NCBI GenBank assembly: GCA_951406725.2
Contig: OX597831.1
Span: 43,524,001-43,588,000, forward strand
Direction of reading: 5' to 3'
DNA from: Octopus vulgaris
Taxonomy: Eukaryota
Length of the DNA stretch: 64,000 bases
A program made the position numbers and the translations under genes. Below, one piece after another: positions 13,788 to 30,041 of this stretch; position 1 is the stretch's first letter, and the number at the start of each line of letters is the position of its first letter. The notes beneath the pieces were generated by a model. It was not told the DNA's origin. It saw nothing but the letters and a program-made list of their open reading frames with translations, and did not search any database.

Positions 13788-14526
13788 TATATGTATATGT
13801 CTGTACGTATGTATAAAACATCTAGGGCTAGATATTATATTTGTATGAGGAGAAACAAAATGCAAAGTGAACAAAGAATAAAATATAAATACATTGTATG
13901 GTCAGGTCACAGTTAGCAAACATTGAAACAGTTCAGTATATTTAGTGTGAAAATAGAATGCAAACAGACCACTAGCAGCTAGAGGTTTCTTGTTTGAGAA
14001 TGTGTCTCTGAGTGTGGCCTTCTCCAGCTAGGGTGGCACTAGTACAGCAGTAAGAGCACAGCCGATTGGCAACTGAATCATACTAGGGGCAGCAAGGCAT
14101 GAAAGGTTTGAAAGATTGTTAACAGTGACAATGATGATGGTGAAGACAACATCTCCAATGTTTGTATCAGCACCTTAGGAGTGGGGATGAGTTGGCTGTG
14201 GGCGTGAGACGCTCCAGCACAAACAATGATTAGAATGTCACAATAACAAGGAGCTGGGGTATTTAGGTAGCAGCGAACCTTTGAACAACAGTAATCTTTG
14301 ATATGCATAAGATAACTGTGGAAAATATTAGAGATGTATAAATATTACATGGTGTTCTATGGTAGCATCTGAAGGCTAAGGTTTATTAGAAGCTGATCCC
14401 TTGGTTAGGGTTAGGAAGAATATTCCAACATACAACAACTCAATAAAAATATCTTTAAAAAAATACAAAAAGTAAAAATATTCATTTACTCTAAATGAGC
14501 AATGGCAGAAAGATAGATAGGTAAAG

Positions 14527-14614
<88 letters not shown>

Positions 14615-15254
14615 AGAGAGAGGCAAGGGTATGAAAAAGCATGTACGAGAGAGAAAATGAGTAAGAAAGAAATCAAGGAAGACTGAGAGAGAGAGAGAGA
14701 AAGAGATAGAGAGGAATGCAATAGAGAATGGATATAGAGAAAGATAAATGAAAAGTGAAAAATTGTAATTTAATACGGGGTTGTATGTGAATGTTGGTGC
14801 AGAATGGGAATACCAACAGATATAAAACTGTTCAATGTTGAAGGGTAACCCTTGGAATTAATAATAGCCAAGGTATTATTCTCCATCAATGACATTTGCT
14901 GCCAATGATATGGAATATTAGAAATTAAAAAAAAAAAAAGATATTAGAATGAATCAATTTTGTTTGTATTAGAAATAGAACAGAAATAGATGTAAGGAAA
15001 AAGAAATCAAGGAATATAGAAATAAAGATAGGGAAAAGGGACTAAGAAGACAAAAAAAAAAAAAATAAAGGAAGGAATAATCCAAAACTCCATATATTCT
15101 TCTATTTGCATTAGAAATTGTCTATGGTAATGCATACACACATATACGCAGGCTCATTAACACAAAGCAAATCATTCTTTGGGGGAATACTTTGGGGAAA
15201 AGATTTAATCTTTTTTCTTCAATCCTTATTAACGATGATAATGATAATAATAAT

Positions 15255-15760
15255 CTTTTCTACTATAGGCACAAGGCCTGAAAATTTTGTGGGAGGTGGA
15301 TAGCCAATTACATTGACCCCCAGCACTCAACTGGTACTTGTTTAATCAACTCCAAAAGGATGAAAGGCAAAGTTGACCTCAGCAGAATTTGAACCCAGAA
15401 TGTAAAGACGGATGAAATGCCACTAAGCATTTTGCTTGGCATGCTAACGATTCTGCCAACTCACCACCTGATAATAATAATAATAATGATAATAATAATA
15501 ATCATTCCTAACATAGGCACAAGGCCACACATTTTTGGGGTTGGGTGGGTAGGCATTAGATGATTTAATTACACCCATCTCCCCAGCCCTACCAAAACCA
15601 CTTGACTGGTAATTTGGTTTTGTTGATTCCTTTATAGAAGGGTGAAAATCAAAATTGGCTATGGCAGGATTTGAACTCAGAACATAAAAGAGTTGGAATA
15701 AATAGAGTAAGGCGATATACACATGCCTGACATTCTAGCATTTCTGTCAATCCTCCACCC
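15255..15760 (-). mobile_element. Two tandem family B SINEs inside the putative 3'UTR
   Basis: Family B core and head motifs separated by (TAA)n. Confidence 0.8.
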
Positions 15761-16416
15761 TGATTCTACAACTGTTTCTATAACTACTACTATTAACATT
15801 ATTATTATTATTATCATTAGTATTATTATTATTATTATTAATATTCTCAAACCATATTATAAAGGTAATAATTATAATTAAAAAAATGTCTTGGTTTGGA
15901 AATAAAAAAAATAAATAAAAACTGGCCACTTATTAGGGATTCCATTTTTTTTTTAAGGACAGTTTATTGAAACAGCAGTTTGCTCCGTTGTTATTGGAAG
16001 GAAACATTAATCAAGGACAACATAATTATTAATTAAATTTATATTTACATTTGACATAATTTAAACACAATACCTCATTCCTCCTCACAAAAATCTAACA
16101 TGGAGTGTGAGAGAGATGATGAGCTTGTGTTTTTTCTCTTTTTTTTTTAAGTATTTAGACTTTTAGGTTTACATGGCTACTGTAGATGCTAGTAAAAGTT
16201 ACATACATGAAAGTAGAATCACTAAAGTATTTCTTTAACATTATAGAGACCCACCTCCACCGCCGCCTACACTGCTTACATTGTAAAGAACTGCCAAAAT
16301 GAGACGGAGCAATCTGCACTCCTTACAGATGTCCACTCTTATTAGCAATAATTTTTGAATAGCACCAAAATACTGTGTTGGTATGGTAAGAGGATAGTAC
16401 CAAATTTTGTTGGCAC

Positions 16417-16458
<42 letters not shown>

Positions 16459-17943
16459 TAATTTCTGGTATAATTTACACAGATAAAAATGACAATGAAT
16501 TATTATTTGTTTGGTTTCGAATTAATGCAATGGATAAACAGTTAAAAAATAAATAAGCACCCCTCTCCGAAAAGAAAAAAAAAATTAAAATAAAACTAAC
16601 GAAATCATTAGAATTTTAATTTTTACTCTTACAAAGATTGAATTTTTCTGAATAAGAATGATGGAACATAAAATTTAATTTACTGGATTTAAACATCAAA
16701 AAAAAAAAAAAAAAAAAAAGAAAACGTTTAAGGAAAAAGATATATTCACATATAAGCATGCACATACAGATACACATATACAGTTACAGAAACACTCATA
16801 CATACACACACAGAATCTAAAATACAGTCACACTAGAAAGGATATACTTGTTGATATAGCTATGAAAGTAACATTAACAATCAATGGTCTTTTAAAATTA
16901 CCAGTAATAAATGTAAACGGTAATTTTCATTTGTTTCTGTTACGTATTTTTGTTGATTTTTATTTTTATTATTTTTTTGTTTTAATATTTGTATCTTTAG
17001 TATCAAGCATATCAGATAGGTGTTGAGCAGAAGGTCCACTGCGTATTAGATCATCCCCGTTTAGAAACAAACTCACTTCCACATCTGTGATGTTAGGGAG
17101 TAAGCCACTTCAGACATAAAAAGTAAGCTAAAAAATAACATTATTAGAACAGCAGTTTGTTGTTGAATGCACCTTTGTTATCATATGATGGCAAGGAGAG
17201 ACAACCAGTAACACGAATGTCATCTTCAGTTTTTTTTTTTCTTTTTGGACATGGTAAGAGCAAGGTGGTACAATTTTGTTATACAATACAAACTAAAAAG
17301 TAAAGCAAACTTTGAGAAAGCCAAGACAAGAGCAATTTTACATCAAAAAATTTTTGTTGAAAAAAAAAAAAAAATTGAAGTAAACAAACAATATAAAACA
17401 AATGTGTACTTATATCTAAGTATCTGTTTTTTGTTTTTTCTTTTTTTTTGGGTCAAAGTATGTATATGTTTTTTTTTTTTGTTTCTCATGTTTAAAAAAT
17501 AATTTTCCAGATATTATTATTATTATTATTTTTTGTTTTTTAGTTAAAATACATGACTAACATTAGTTAATACAAGTCAAAAGACTACCATATTGTTTGA
17601 CAGTTTGTCAATGGTTAATCACATTGCAAATACGGTTTAAAATTTAGCATACACAGATCAACTTTATTTTAATTAAAAAAAAAAAAAAAGGTACCATTTA
17701 GAACATTTCACAATTGGATACATACAATAAGATTTAAAAAAAACAAACAAAAAACAAACAAAACTTTATAAGTACATACAACTAAGTCACTAAGCCAACA
17801 TGTGCTATCTGGTTTATAGGGTATCATATACTCATGTATGATGTACAAACTTTTCTTATTGAAAAGATAATCAGGTAGTTTATAAGAACTCACAAACATT
17901 TACATACGTACATACATACATATACATATATACATAGATATAT

Positions 17944-17990
<47 letters not shown>

Positions 17991-18201
17991 CACAAACACA
18001 CAACACATACATGAGTACCTTTTGTGTAGATGTGTGTGTATGTGCACGTATGTGACTATATATATGCATGTATATGTGTGTGTATATATGTGTAATGTGT
18101 ATGGGAAAAAATATAGATGATTGTCTCCCCTTGACATTAACAAATACATCATGAAGGTTACCCTATGACAATACAATAAGAATGAACGAAAAATATATAG
18201 G

Positions 18202-18251
<50 letters not shown>

Positions 18252-20250
18252 AAAAAAAATCTAGACATTATTAGAGTTCTTTACTTGCTTTCAATACAGA
18301 CAGGATTACTTTTTCCACTGCTTCTTAATTTGGTTTTTTTAAAAAAAAAAATATAGATTTTATAATTAACATTCTACTTAAATAAAATGATAGTTCGACT
18401 GACTGTCAATGTTTGAATAATAATAAAAGAAAAAAAAAATTAGAAGGAATAAATGTATTTAGTCCCTTAAAAAGTTTCTCTTGTGCTATTTTGTGTCCAT
18501 GACTCCTTTTTAAAAACTTTTTTTTTTGTGCTGGCCTCAAACAATGTTTCCGGCCGAGACCATGGCCGCTCACCGGTCCAAGTTATGCCCTGTACAGCAG
18601 TAAGGCAATAGGTTCAACATTTCACTGATACACCATGTCGAAACTATAGACTTGCGATAAGGAGAAAGAATAAGGTTTTCAGACTCTTGATTTTTTCTCA
18701 TACTAAATAAGTAAGAAGTTGTAAAAACAGAGAATGAAAAAAAAGATGCCATGATATCAGGTCTTTCGGTTTTTATTTATTTTTTTCTTCTTTCTTTTCT
18801 TCTTTTTACATAGTTCTATACAACAGATAGTGCTTGGTGGTATTGGTTGGTGTTGGTGTCATAGGGTGGGGTGGGGGGGAGTGGGATCCTGTCAGTGCTC
18901 CACTGCTACGCAAACTCAGTTTACTACCAACATAGAGAATATTATACAAACAATTAGTAAACAGTACCTAACAGTAGACCACGGAGAGGATTATGTTAAG
19001 ATCACAAGATAACTCAGTGTTTGGAAGCTGTAGTTTTTTTGTTTTTTTTATCACACTGGTAGGGCAGAGAAATTTAAACTCTAATTCAAAATCGTCTTTC
19101 TGTGATATATGCTTAATATAAGTTTCTCAGCTAGTTTATCTTAATCAATAGATGTATTCTTAAAAGGCTTTGATGACAATCTTTTAGAGGAGAACTGATA
19201 TAATTAGAATAAAAAAAAAAATTTTTTTTAAATAATAATAATAATAATACACAAAACCTTTCCAATTTGTCAACAGTGACTAAACCAGAGACCTCAGTGG
19301 AATAAAAAATAACCCCCAAACAAAACAAAACAAATTTGTATTTTTTTCATTTTTTTTTTGGGTAACAAAAGTCAGAATTTAATAGAAAACCCTCAATGTG
19401 GTTTGAACAAGCAGCAGAAATTTACATTGCTTTGACACTGAATGCAAATCATAGTAAGAGGTATATATTTGAAGATGATAAAATAACAAGAATTCCTATT
19501 TTTCTACAGTAAGAAATATAAATAAAAATATCAAATTATATATATATGTATATATATATAAAGGTGAAACAAAACCGTAATTTAGAACCTACTGATATGT
19601 GAAAGACAGTCAATCATCAGTGCTTATGTTGACCTTTGTTTTTTGGGTTTTTTTGTATTGTTAGGACTTGAGGTAGTTTAGAATAGAGTACAGCTTGTAT
19701 CCCAACAGTCTCTGCTTTGTTTCTCTTTAAGTATCAAGTTGAGGCACCAGATTGTTCACAAATATATTTTTCTCACAGGGGAAACGAAATGATGCCACAA
19801 AGAGATATTAATTAAGAGAATAAATGGTTTTAGACAGAGATTTACCAAATTTTTGCATGCTCAAAATCCAAATTGAGGGTTTCATAAAATTTGCCAGAAT
19901 ATAATTCAAAAGAGAACAGAATTGAAAATATATCAATGAAAGTTAACTCAATTCCTAAGAAATTTGTCTGCATCAATATTTTCATGGCCAGTGGGTAAAA
20001 GGATGGGGGGAAAAATTAATGACAAAAAGAAAATGAAAAAAAAAGAGAAAAGAAAAATCTTTCTATCAACTCTATGAAGATGATATTCTTTCAATATTTG
20101 ATTCACATGAAGACACTAATGATACATAGAAAGAAATATATACCAACATTGAATTTATATATGTATATGTATATATCTTTTTGAGATTATTTTTTGAAAT
20201 GGCTTTCATGCAAAGTAGAGACAACAAATACAGATGAAAAAAATATATGC

Positions 20251-20345
<95 letters not shown>

Positions 20346-22111
20346 CATATATATATACATATGAATATATATATTGTTATATATATATAAATATATTGTA
20401 ATAATTCCTAGACAATATATTGTATGCAACTGTGACAGTAAAGGAACAAGTTATTGATAGCTATCAGACAACAATGCTGAAAGTGGACGGTGAGAGAGAA
20501 ATCAGCAATAAATCAAGGGAGACCATCTAGCAGAAGTCTTACTGTAACACTAAGTTTTTTTTTTAAACAAATAAATAAATAGATAGAAATAAAAAAAAAG
20601 GAAAAGGAATAAAAAAAATTTTGATAAACAAAACAGAAATGTCTACAAGATGTATTAATGCCTATTGTTATTATTTTAACCTTTAAAAATTTTGAAGTGT
20701 TTTTTCAGTTTTAGTAAAACGCTAGGTGGAACTTTCAAAAGAATGATTTGATAGCTTCTAATTAATTTGGAACATGACCCCCAAACCCCAACTAGAAGGA
20801 AAAAAAAAATCATCAAAAATAAATTGTGTTGGAATGATTAAAGGGACATATGTTGAAAAAAAGAAGAAAAAGTGTCCCTTAGCACTTGCCGCCACCCTTG
20901 GATTAATGAATGCCTAGAAGTAAATCAGCACAACCCTAGTTTGTATCATATTATTATTATTATTATTATTATTATTATCATTATTATTAGTAGTAGTATT
21001 AGTAGTATTTTTGGGGTTTATTTTTTCCTGATTTTTATGAACAGTAATTCTTATTATAATCAACCAAAAGTTTTTAAAGCTTAAATGGAACCTTTTCTTG
21101 GCTAATGATTAACTTTGGAGAGTGATTAATGTGAACCTTTAGTCAAATGCTTCTGTACTGACTAGACAATGCTGACATGAAAGAAATAGAGAAAGAGAGA
21201 GAGGGAGAGAGAGAGGGGGGAGAGAAGACTGCAACTAGTTTTGCCCATGTCACCTCTACGCCTATGAGGTGTCAATGGGAAAAAATCACAACCATGACAA
21301 ACAGATAAGTAAGAAAAATAGTCACATGTTTACAACAAGAAATAGTCTAGGACAACTAACAATAGCAACAGCGGATTACAATAATATCAGAAAAAAAAAA
21401 AAACTAAATTAAAAACAAACAAACAATGAAATTAGTTGTGACAGCAAGAAAGACGAAATGGAGCAGGGGAAAAAAAAAGAAGAAAAGACCAAGAGTGAAA
21501 AAAGACAAAAAGGAAGAAGAAAAGTGAATTGATAAGAATTATAGAAATAAATTAAATGAAATGTGTGGGGGAGGTTTAAGAAAAAACAACCTTGAAACAA
21601 TACCAACATAAGGTTTTGCATGATGACTATATTACATCAATAATTAGTATTGTAATGAGAGGAGAGGAATTAGTTGATAAGTGATAATAGAAACAAGGCA
21701 CAATTGGCAGTTCTCAGACAATATAAATCAATCCATGAAACATTGAAAAATATAGCGGACATCAATGGATTTACAAAGAAGTCTTAGTACATCTCACATG
21801 TGTAATATTTTAATAGGCATTCATTCAATGTGTAGTAGATGACATGGATTCAATATTGAATTCTTTTGTTCATGTGTGTGTGTGTGTGTATACATGCTTT
21901 TCTAGTGCGTGTGGTGTGTGAGTGCGTCTATGTGAGTAGTGTGCATATGCATGTGTGTGTGTGTGTGTACGTGTTTGTATGGCATGATTGTGTATGTGTA
22001 CACATTTATACAAACATATAATGCACACACAGATATCCACATACATGTGAAACACACACACATGCAAAATACATATACACATTCTTATATACATACATAT
22101 ATATGTATACA

Positions 22112-22163
<52 letters not shown>

Positions 22164-22240
22164 CATAATATATATATATATATATAGATATACATACATA
22201 TTTATACACACACATATATTTACACATATTTATATATATA

Positions 22241-22284
<44 letters not shown>

Positions 22285-22300
22285 TATATGTATATATATA

Positions 22301-22366
<66 letters not shown>

Positions 22367-22640
22367 TTATATATATATGTATGTATATGAAGTAAATGTG
22401 TGTACATAAACACATTGCAACCATATAAAGTGAGTTTTAGTATAAACAAACACACATCTACAAACAAAATCTTCCACTCAGTTTATGAACAAAAATAAAT
22501 AATTAATTTTTGAATTAATGTAATACTGCTTCTAAAGAGACAAAAAAAAAAATGGTTAAAAAATGGCACTACTATGACACAGCATAAATACTGCATTCAT
22601 ATTTGTATATAAATACAACTTTAGTAACTTAGTACAAATC

Positions 22641-22672
<32 letters not shown>

Positions 22673-22798
22673 TATAGTGAGATTACTATTACCAGAGTAA
22701 AAATTAACTTAATCAAGCTATAATTCATTTGTTGAAACTACCAGTTTATTATAGCTAAAAGTGATACTTATGGATCTGTACTAAAATAATGCTGATGA

Positions 22799-22841
<43 letters not shown>

Positions 22842-23276
22842 CCAAGTTACAGAGAAAAGAGGAAAGAATAAATAAATGCTTTATAAAAACTGAGCATATT
22901 CAAATGAGTGTTGCAAATATCAAGGGAAGTAATTCGCATTAAGTAGTTACTGTGCTGATGCTTTTGAACTGCAGATATATATATATATATATCTATATAT
23001 ATATATGTGTGTGTGTGTGTGTTTATGTATTTGCATGCATTTATATGTACACAATAGGCTCAAGAGCAGCTGCATGATTAAGAAGTTCATTACTTCTCAA
23101 TGATATGGTTTTAAGTTTAGTCCCACTACTTGGCACCTTGGGCAAATCTCTTCTGCTATTGCCCTAGGATAACCAAAGCCTTGAGATTGAATTTGATAGA
23201 TGCAAGCTGAGAGAAACCCATCATATACATACATATACACACACACACATATATATACACACACACATACATATAA

Positions 23277-23315
<39 letters not shown>

Positions 23316-23469
23316 TCAAAGTATACAGTATTATATATCCATTATGGCCAATTTTACCAATCAATTTCACACTAGGGATTCAACAGAGTGTTAGGTAACA
23401 GTCCGATTATTTAACCCTGTGGTTGTTGTTATGGAAGGAAATATATATATATTTGTGGTGTGTTTGTAT

Positions 23470-23777
<308 letters not shown>

Positions 23778-26727
23778 ATGAAATGCTCTACTTTTCAATG
23801 AAAGAAACAAAATCTCAAAACTTTCCTCGAATTTCCTACACTAAGTATTAAGTGAATTCTTGAGATCATATTACTAAAAATAAAATTATTTAATGAAATA
23901 AAAAATAGAAATCAAGAAGCAACAGATCGTTCTAGTATCGTAACAGATTGTAAACTACATTCTCACTAGAGTAAAATTATAACCATCACCATCATCGTAC
24001 CTATTACCAGTTATATATATATCTTCTTAGTTGTTGTTAGTTAATGTGTAAACGATGTGTAATACAAATTGCTGGACTCAATAAAAACAGCAGTTAAAAA
24101 GAGAAGTCTGAGAAATATGCCAAATGACATGAGAAATATATTTAAGGAAACAACAATGAAGATGATAAAGATTCGGGGGAGGAGAACAAAAATATAATAA
24201 AGCAAAACAAGCTGAAATGATAGGTTAATAATGAATTAATAAATAAACAAATAGATTGATAATTATTTCTATTTTAGGCACAATGCCACAAAATATTTTG
24301 TGAGAAGAGTACAACCAATTAATTCGTCCATACTTCTTGATTGGTACTAATTTCATTGACTCTTGTGGGATTCGAAATAGTTCAAAATAAAAATACAAAT
24401 AATAATGATAATGTTGATAATGATAATAATAATGTTTAGAGAATGGAATAAGCTGTTCCATTCAAAACTGCTCATCATTTGAAAAAAAGGGTGAAGGAAA
24501 AGAACCAAAAAAAAAACTAAAAGTTACAGCAGAAAGCAGCATACAGTTCAAAACGAGGAAAAAATTCCCTCACATTAATTAATTAATTAATTAATACATT
24601 GTAAGTTTTATAAAATGTATTATTTTACCTTCCTCAAATGATTTTTTTTATTTATCTTTGGTTAAAATGTCAATTTTAAAATCATGATTCAAAATAGAAA
24701 GGAAAGCGTTTATTCATTTGTTGTTGTTTGTTTTTAACCTTTTTTCTTTTCATTTTATCTTTTTTTTTGTTTTACATTTCAAAAACTTTTCTGTACACAT
24801 TTCATTTCATAAAAGGTAACAACAACAACAACAACAACAGAGAGATAGATATATTCAAGAAGACATAGAGAATGTGCCGATCACATTTTCATCACCATGG
24901 CAACAACAATAATTGAAATGACAGCAAAGAAGAAGCATTATCTAACTATATCCAATGATATTAATAATAATAATGATAATAATAATAATAATAATAGACT
25001 ATACAATAACATGTAAAAAATATTGCATGTTTTTGTACATTGAGATTAGTTTCAACTGTTCATGAGAAATTACAGGAGAATGATAGCCAGTATCCTGTGA
25101 CAGAGACTAATACAAAAGCTAGAATTAATTACTTCAACTATTGAGATTTATCAAGATTTTATCTCATGGGTTAATTACTCCAGAAAATAGATTTATGTTA
25201 TATATTCCACTAATGTCCAAATCATATTATAATACAGGACTGAAACTAGGGATCGATTTAATTGTTTTTCCAAAGAATATTTGTTCTAACATATGCGTCA
25301 TTTATAAAATGAAAAGACGACACTAAAATATTTTGTTAATTTCAATAGATTTCAAACAAACCATCTTAAAAATGCCAAGAAATAAAAAGAGAAAGAGAGA
25401 GATTTGTGTGTGTGTGTGTGTGATATGTGTATATGTAAGAGAGAGGATATGTGTTTGTGTGTGTGTGTATTTGTTTGAATGTATGTATGTGTGTGCATGT
25501 ATGTGTATGTTTAAAAGAAAAATAATGAAAATAAAGGTTGAATGTCCTTTTAGGAGTTAAAATACAAGTTGAAGATTAATCTAGTCCTATTGTGAAGAAA
25601 TAAATAATAACAGGATATACAACAAAGAAATAGCAGTTAAAACTAAAGAATGGAATAATTCTAACTAAAGAATGAAATAATTCTAACAGGATTAACTCTT
25701 TTTCTTTTATGTTTTTTTTTTTTTTTTTAATTGACATTTTCTTCTGCTAAATGTTAACAAAATTGCTGCCAAAAATTCAAATTTACAAATCTGATATTTT
25801 TTTCTTTTTATTATTTAGAAGGAAAAAAAATGTGGAAGACATAGTAATGATAAATAGAAAGAATATTATAATCAATGGCGTAAGAGAATTTCTTTTCACA
25901 TCTTCACTCAAGAAATAAGACGAGTCTATTCTCTTGAAGAAGGCCTCGTTGTGAGTTGTAACATTTTGGCTAGTGACCAGAACCAGACTTTAGCAAAGTG
26001 GGGTTTTTTTTTTTGGTTTTTTTTTTTAACAACTTCCTGGCTCTTATCTCAGGGCTTGGCACAAACATTTGGAAACTACAGTAAACCTTCAGCATTTCAG
26101 ATCAAGTCAACCAACTCCATCAGTGAGAAAAGTAAAATTTTAACCATCAGGGCCAAATTGACACAACGAAAATATTATCTGTGAAACATATAAATACTTC
26201 ATGGAAACAACAACTCATAATAGCTGACTGAGGTAATTCTGTCATGAGAGAGTCATTAGAAGCTTTGCTGTGAGTGTATGAATGTATGAAATATATCTGT
26301 ATATATGTGTGTATGAGTGTGTATGTGTGCGTATTTGTGTGTGTATGTGAGGTTTTATCTTTCTTTCTCTAGATGGGTTAATAAAATTATTTAAGAATAA
26401 ATTGCTGAAGAATTCTTTTTTTTTTTTAAGGAAGACTATTGTCTCTTTAGAAAGATGAATATTATAATGAAATATGTGATAGCACCAGATTTGAAATGTT
26501 AATAGTTAGAAAGAAATAATTCAATTGCAATTGGCGAATTTTCAAACATAAGCCTAATGTCCTTGCGGTGTAGCATAAACGAGGAATTACTGTCACAAGA
26601 TTAAATGTCCAGCTAGGTAGATGCTTTACCTGTTATTGTTGTGTTATAAAACAAACTTTTACATACACTAATCCATGCAAGCACACACAATACACACACG
26701 TGTGGGTGTATATATACATACATACCT

Positions 26728-26789
<62 letters not shown>

Positions 26790-29589
26790 ACATACCTACA
26801 AGTAAATATATGCACATATATAAAGTATATATACTCATGCACAGACACACACACACACAGATGTCTAAATGTGTAAATGTAAAGGTATTTATCTATTTCT
26901 GATAATTAAATGCCGGAACATATCAAAGAGAAGAGGAAGAAAATAAACTATTTTTATTAACTGGATATTTAGATACTTTAAACTGATGTTTCATACTTCA
27001 CACACAAAACTTATTCAAATGAATTCACCTAATTAATCTAACAGAAGAATGATGTCACTTGCTAATGATAAAAATAAAAGACATTTAGATCAGTGTAACA
27101 GCAAAAACAAAATGTTCAGTTCTACTGCATGTAACAAAAATTTGCAACTGTATGGCTCCTTTTGTGTTGAGTGACAATAATACTTTTAAAGCACATATAT
27201 TTTAATAGACTGTAGATGCTAGGAAAGAGAAGATTAATGTATTTAAGCTACAAGATTAACAGATTTTTTCCCAGTTTAATTCCATTGTTTAAAAAAGTTC
27301 AAGTATTAAAATGAAGTTCTATTTAGAAAAATCTTATCCAAACTTTGTACCAAAATTACTGTCATTAGCAATTTAATCTGTTGTTTTTTCTTTCTTGTTT
27401 CCTTTCTCTGACAACATCTCTCTTTAAGCTCCACAAGCTTTTAAATGAATGCTAAACAATTATCAATTTTTCAGAACTGGATTATTGGATGGCTAAATGC
27501 GCAAAATAGAATTATATGAAGGCTACATGGACCAAAGAAACAAAAACATAATTAAACAAATAGATAAATAAAAATTAAAATGTTTAAAAAGTGAAAAGAA
27601 ATGAATATCTTATACAAAACTATATTAGGAAAATAGGATTATATAAGGAGTATATGAATGAAAAACGATTAAATTATTATTATTTAGGACTAAAGAACAA
27701 AACAAATGACATATGAGAACCAAAGAAAAATATTCCACATTTACCTTCAGAATTTAACTATTTTAATTAAATTTGGTATCAGTCACAAGTCTTATTTGTT
27801 ATTAAATCTATTTAATAAAGCATTATTTAACAGAATTTTTTTGTTTCATTGCTATTACTTGCATAGCAGTTATTATTTTTTTTTAGCTCTTAATCTAATA
27901 TAATTAACTTGGTGTTATAGACAGCTTTGCCAACAGAAGCAAATCAGCAGTGAGACTTGGTAACTAAATATAAGCAGAAAGAGTGACAAGTAAAGTGTTC
28001 ATAAAATATTTCACAACACAGGCAAGTACTGGCAACGAAGGAAAAGTACAAGATTAATGTAGTAGAATGATTCAATGAAATAAATGATCAGAATGGAAAT
28101 AGTTTTGGAAAACAAGTGGCTTAATTTAATTTCTAAGAGCTAACTCGAAAGAAATTTGTAATTTGGTTTCGTGAAAATGAAGCAATAAATTTGTATAGTT
28201 TAAGGAAATAAAGAGCACATATAGCATTATCTATTTATCTAGATCCTTAACAATGTTTCGTAAGTGCATATGAATGATTTAACACTAACTTAATTAATTA
28301 ATTAATCAATTGAAATGATAGATATTATTTGCGACAGAATTTCTGTTCAAGTTGCTACAGTGAAATAAATAATTAATGAGGTAAGTTAAATATAAAAAAA
28401 AGATGATTGAAAATTTAAAATATTGCAAGAATACACCTGACATTTGATTGTAAAACAATTGTAAATGTATTCCAAGTCAAAGAGGGAAAAATATATATAT
28501 ATATTTGAATTAATTACAAACACATTGTGGAAATCTCTTAAGATAGATGATATCAGTGATTTAAGCTTTGGTACTTTTAGAATGAATATTAAACTGAAAG
28601 AAAAAAAAATGTGATTATTTCTTAATGATTTGATTTTATTGTCACCGGTCTATCACTATGTTTTTCAAAATTCTAATGAGTATCTAGTGCAATTTTCAAT
28701 GGTGAATAATTTTAATAAATATTTGAAAATCCTCTCAGTTGCAAAAAACACCCCTAAAAAAAATGAATAAAAAACCTTCCTGATTGTAATTTAAATACAA
28801 AAAATTTTCAAAAATGAAAAGAATACTGATCTGGATTAAAATCTATATTAATCTGCTTAAATCTACACACATGAAAAGTAAAATGTATCAAATATTCTTG
28901 GAATGGTTGCATTTTTAGAAGAACATTGGAATCTTTAATGCTCTCAAGATACTTAAGAAATATTTATGTGAATTGAAATAAAGTATATTTAAGGCAAATG
29001 CTCCATTTAACAAGATTGTTGCATACAGGGCACTATAAGATACGAGTGAAGACCATGAAGCAAGTAGTGCCAATGTAGTGGAATGTGAGAGTATTTCCTT
29101 GTATAACAGTAAGAATGAAGTAATAATAATAAACTTAATATATCTGGTACTCAGAAAGAAAAAAAAAAGAAGATAATAAACCAAAAAAAAAAAAGAAAAA
29201 AAAAAGAAACCGAATGTTTAGGATCAGCCAACAATGAGAGATTACTAATTAAGTTTAATGGAAACAAAAAGCTTAGACAGACAGACACACAGACACAAAT
29301 GCACAAATATGCTACACATAACATAGAATTTTTTTTTCACTCTAAAAAGTGAACAAATGTAAATTAAAAGAGAAAAAAATATATATGCATGGAAATGTTT
29401 GTCAAATAATAAAAGGGAAAAAAAAAATCGAAAAAAGAAGCAAAAGTATTTTTCACAACCATCGAAAACAGGGAGAAATCTTTAAGTAGATGACTAGATC
29501 GGAATTTAAATTGAACAATAAGCATGTCTTATACAACCTTTTTTTTTTTTTCCATATAAAGAAATGATATATACTGCATACAGCTTCAT

Positions 29590-29808
29590 TATGGTAATGT
29601 AGTAAGTTGGAACATGACCATGTTATAGGCTTCCAATATGGCCGTAATGTGACAAGTTTCATTTTGGCACATTACCACATACAGTTCCAATATAGTAAAC
29701 ATGGAAGTTTGGTACAATACCATGTGTAATAGCTTCAATATGGCAATATGAATGTTTGGGCATAATACCACATACATATATATATATGTATATATATACA
29801 TATATATG

Positions 29809-29862
<54 letters not shown>

Positions 29863-30041
29863 GCTTTTAATATGGCAATGTGGCAGTTTTTAAGTACATC
29901 ACCATACCTATAGCTTTAATTTAAAGTAGTGTGGCAGATTTTTGACACATTACCATATAGATCCTCGATATGATAGTGTGGCATTTTTAGGCACATTACC
30001 ACATGTAGCCTCTATATAGTAATGTGGTAGTTTGGCACATT
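29590..30041. repeat. Degenerate minisatellite of ~8 palindromic ~45-bp units
   Basis: Approximate consensus TATGGTAATGTG-GCAGTTTTGG-CACATTACCATA-TAGCTTCAA, interrupted by (TA)n at ~29775-29858. Confidence 0.8.

Noticed and set aside
25641-25687. 22-bp tandem duplication
   Set aside because: An ordinary local slippage duplication.
29590-30041. CRISPR-like appearance of the palindromic repeat array
   Set aside because: Eukaryotic context, degenerate units, no unique spacers and no cas genes.
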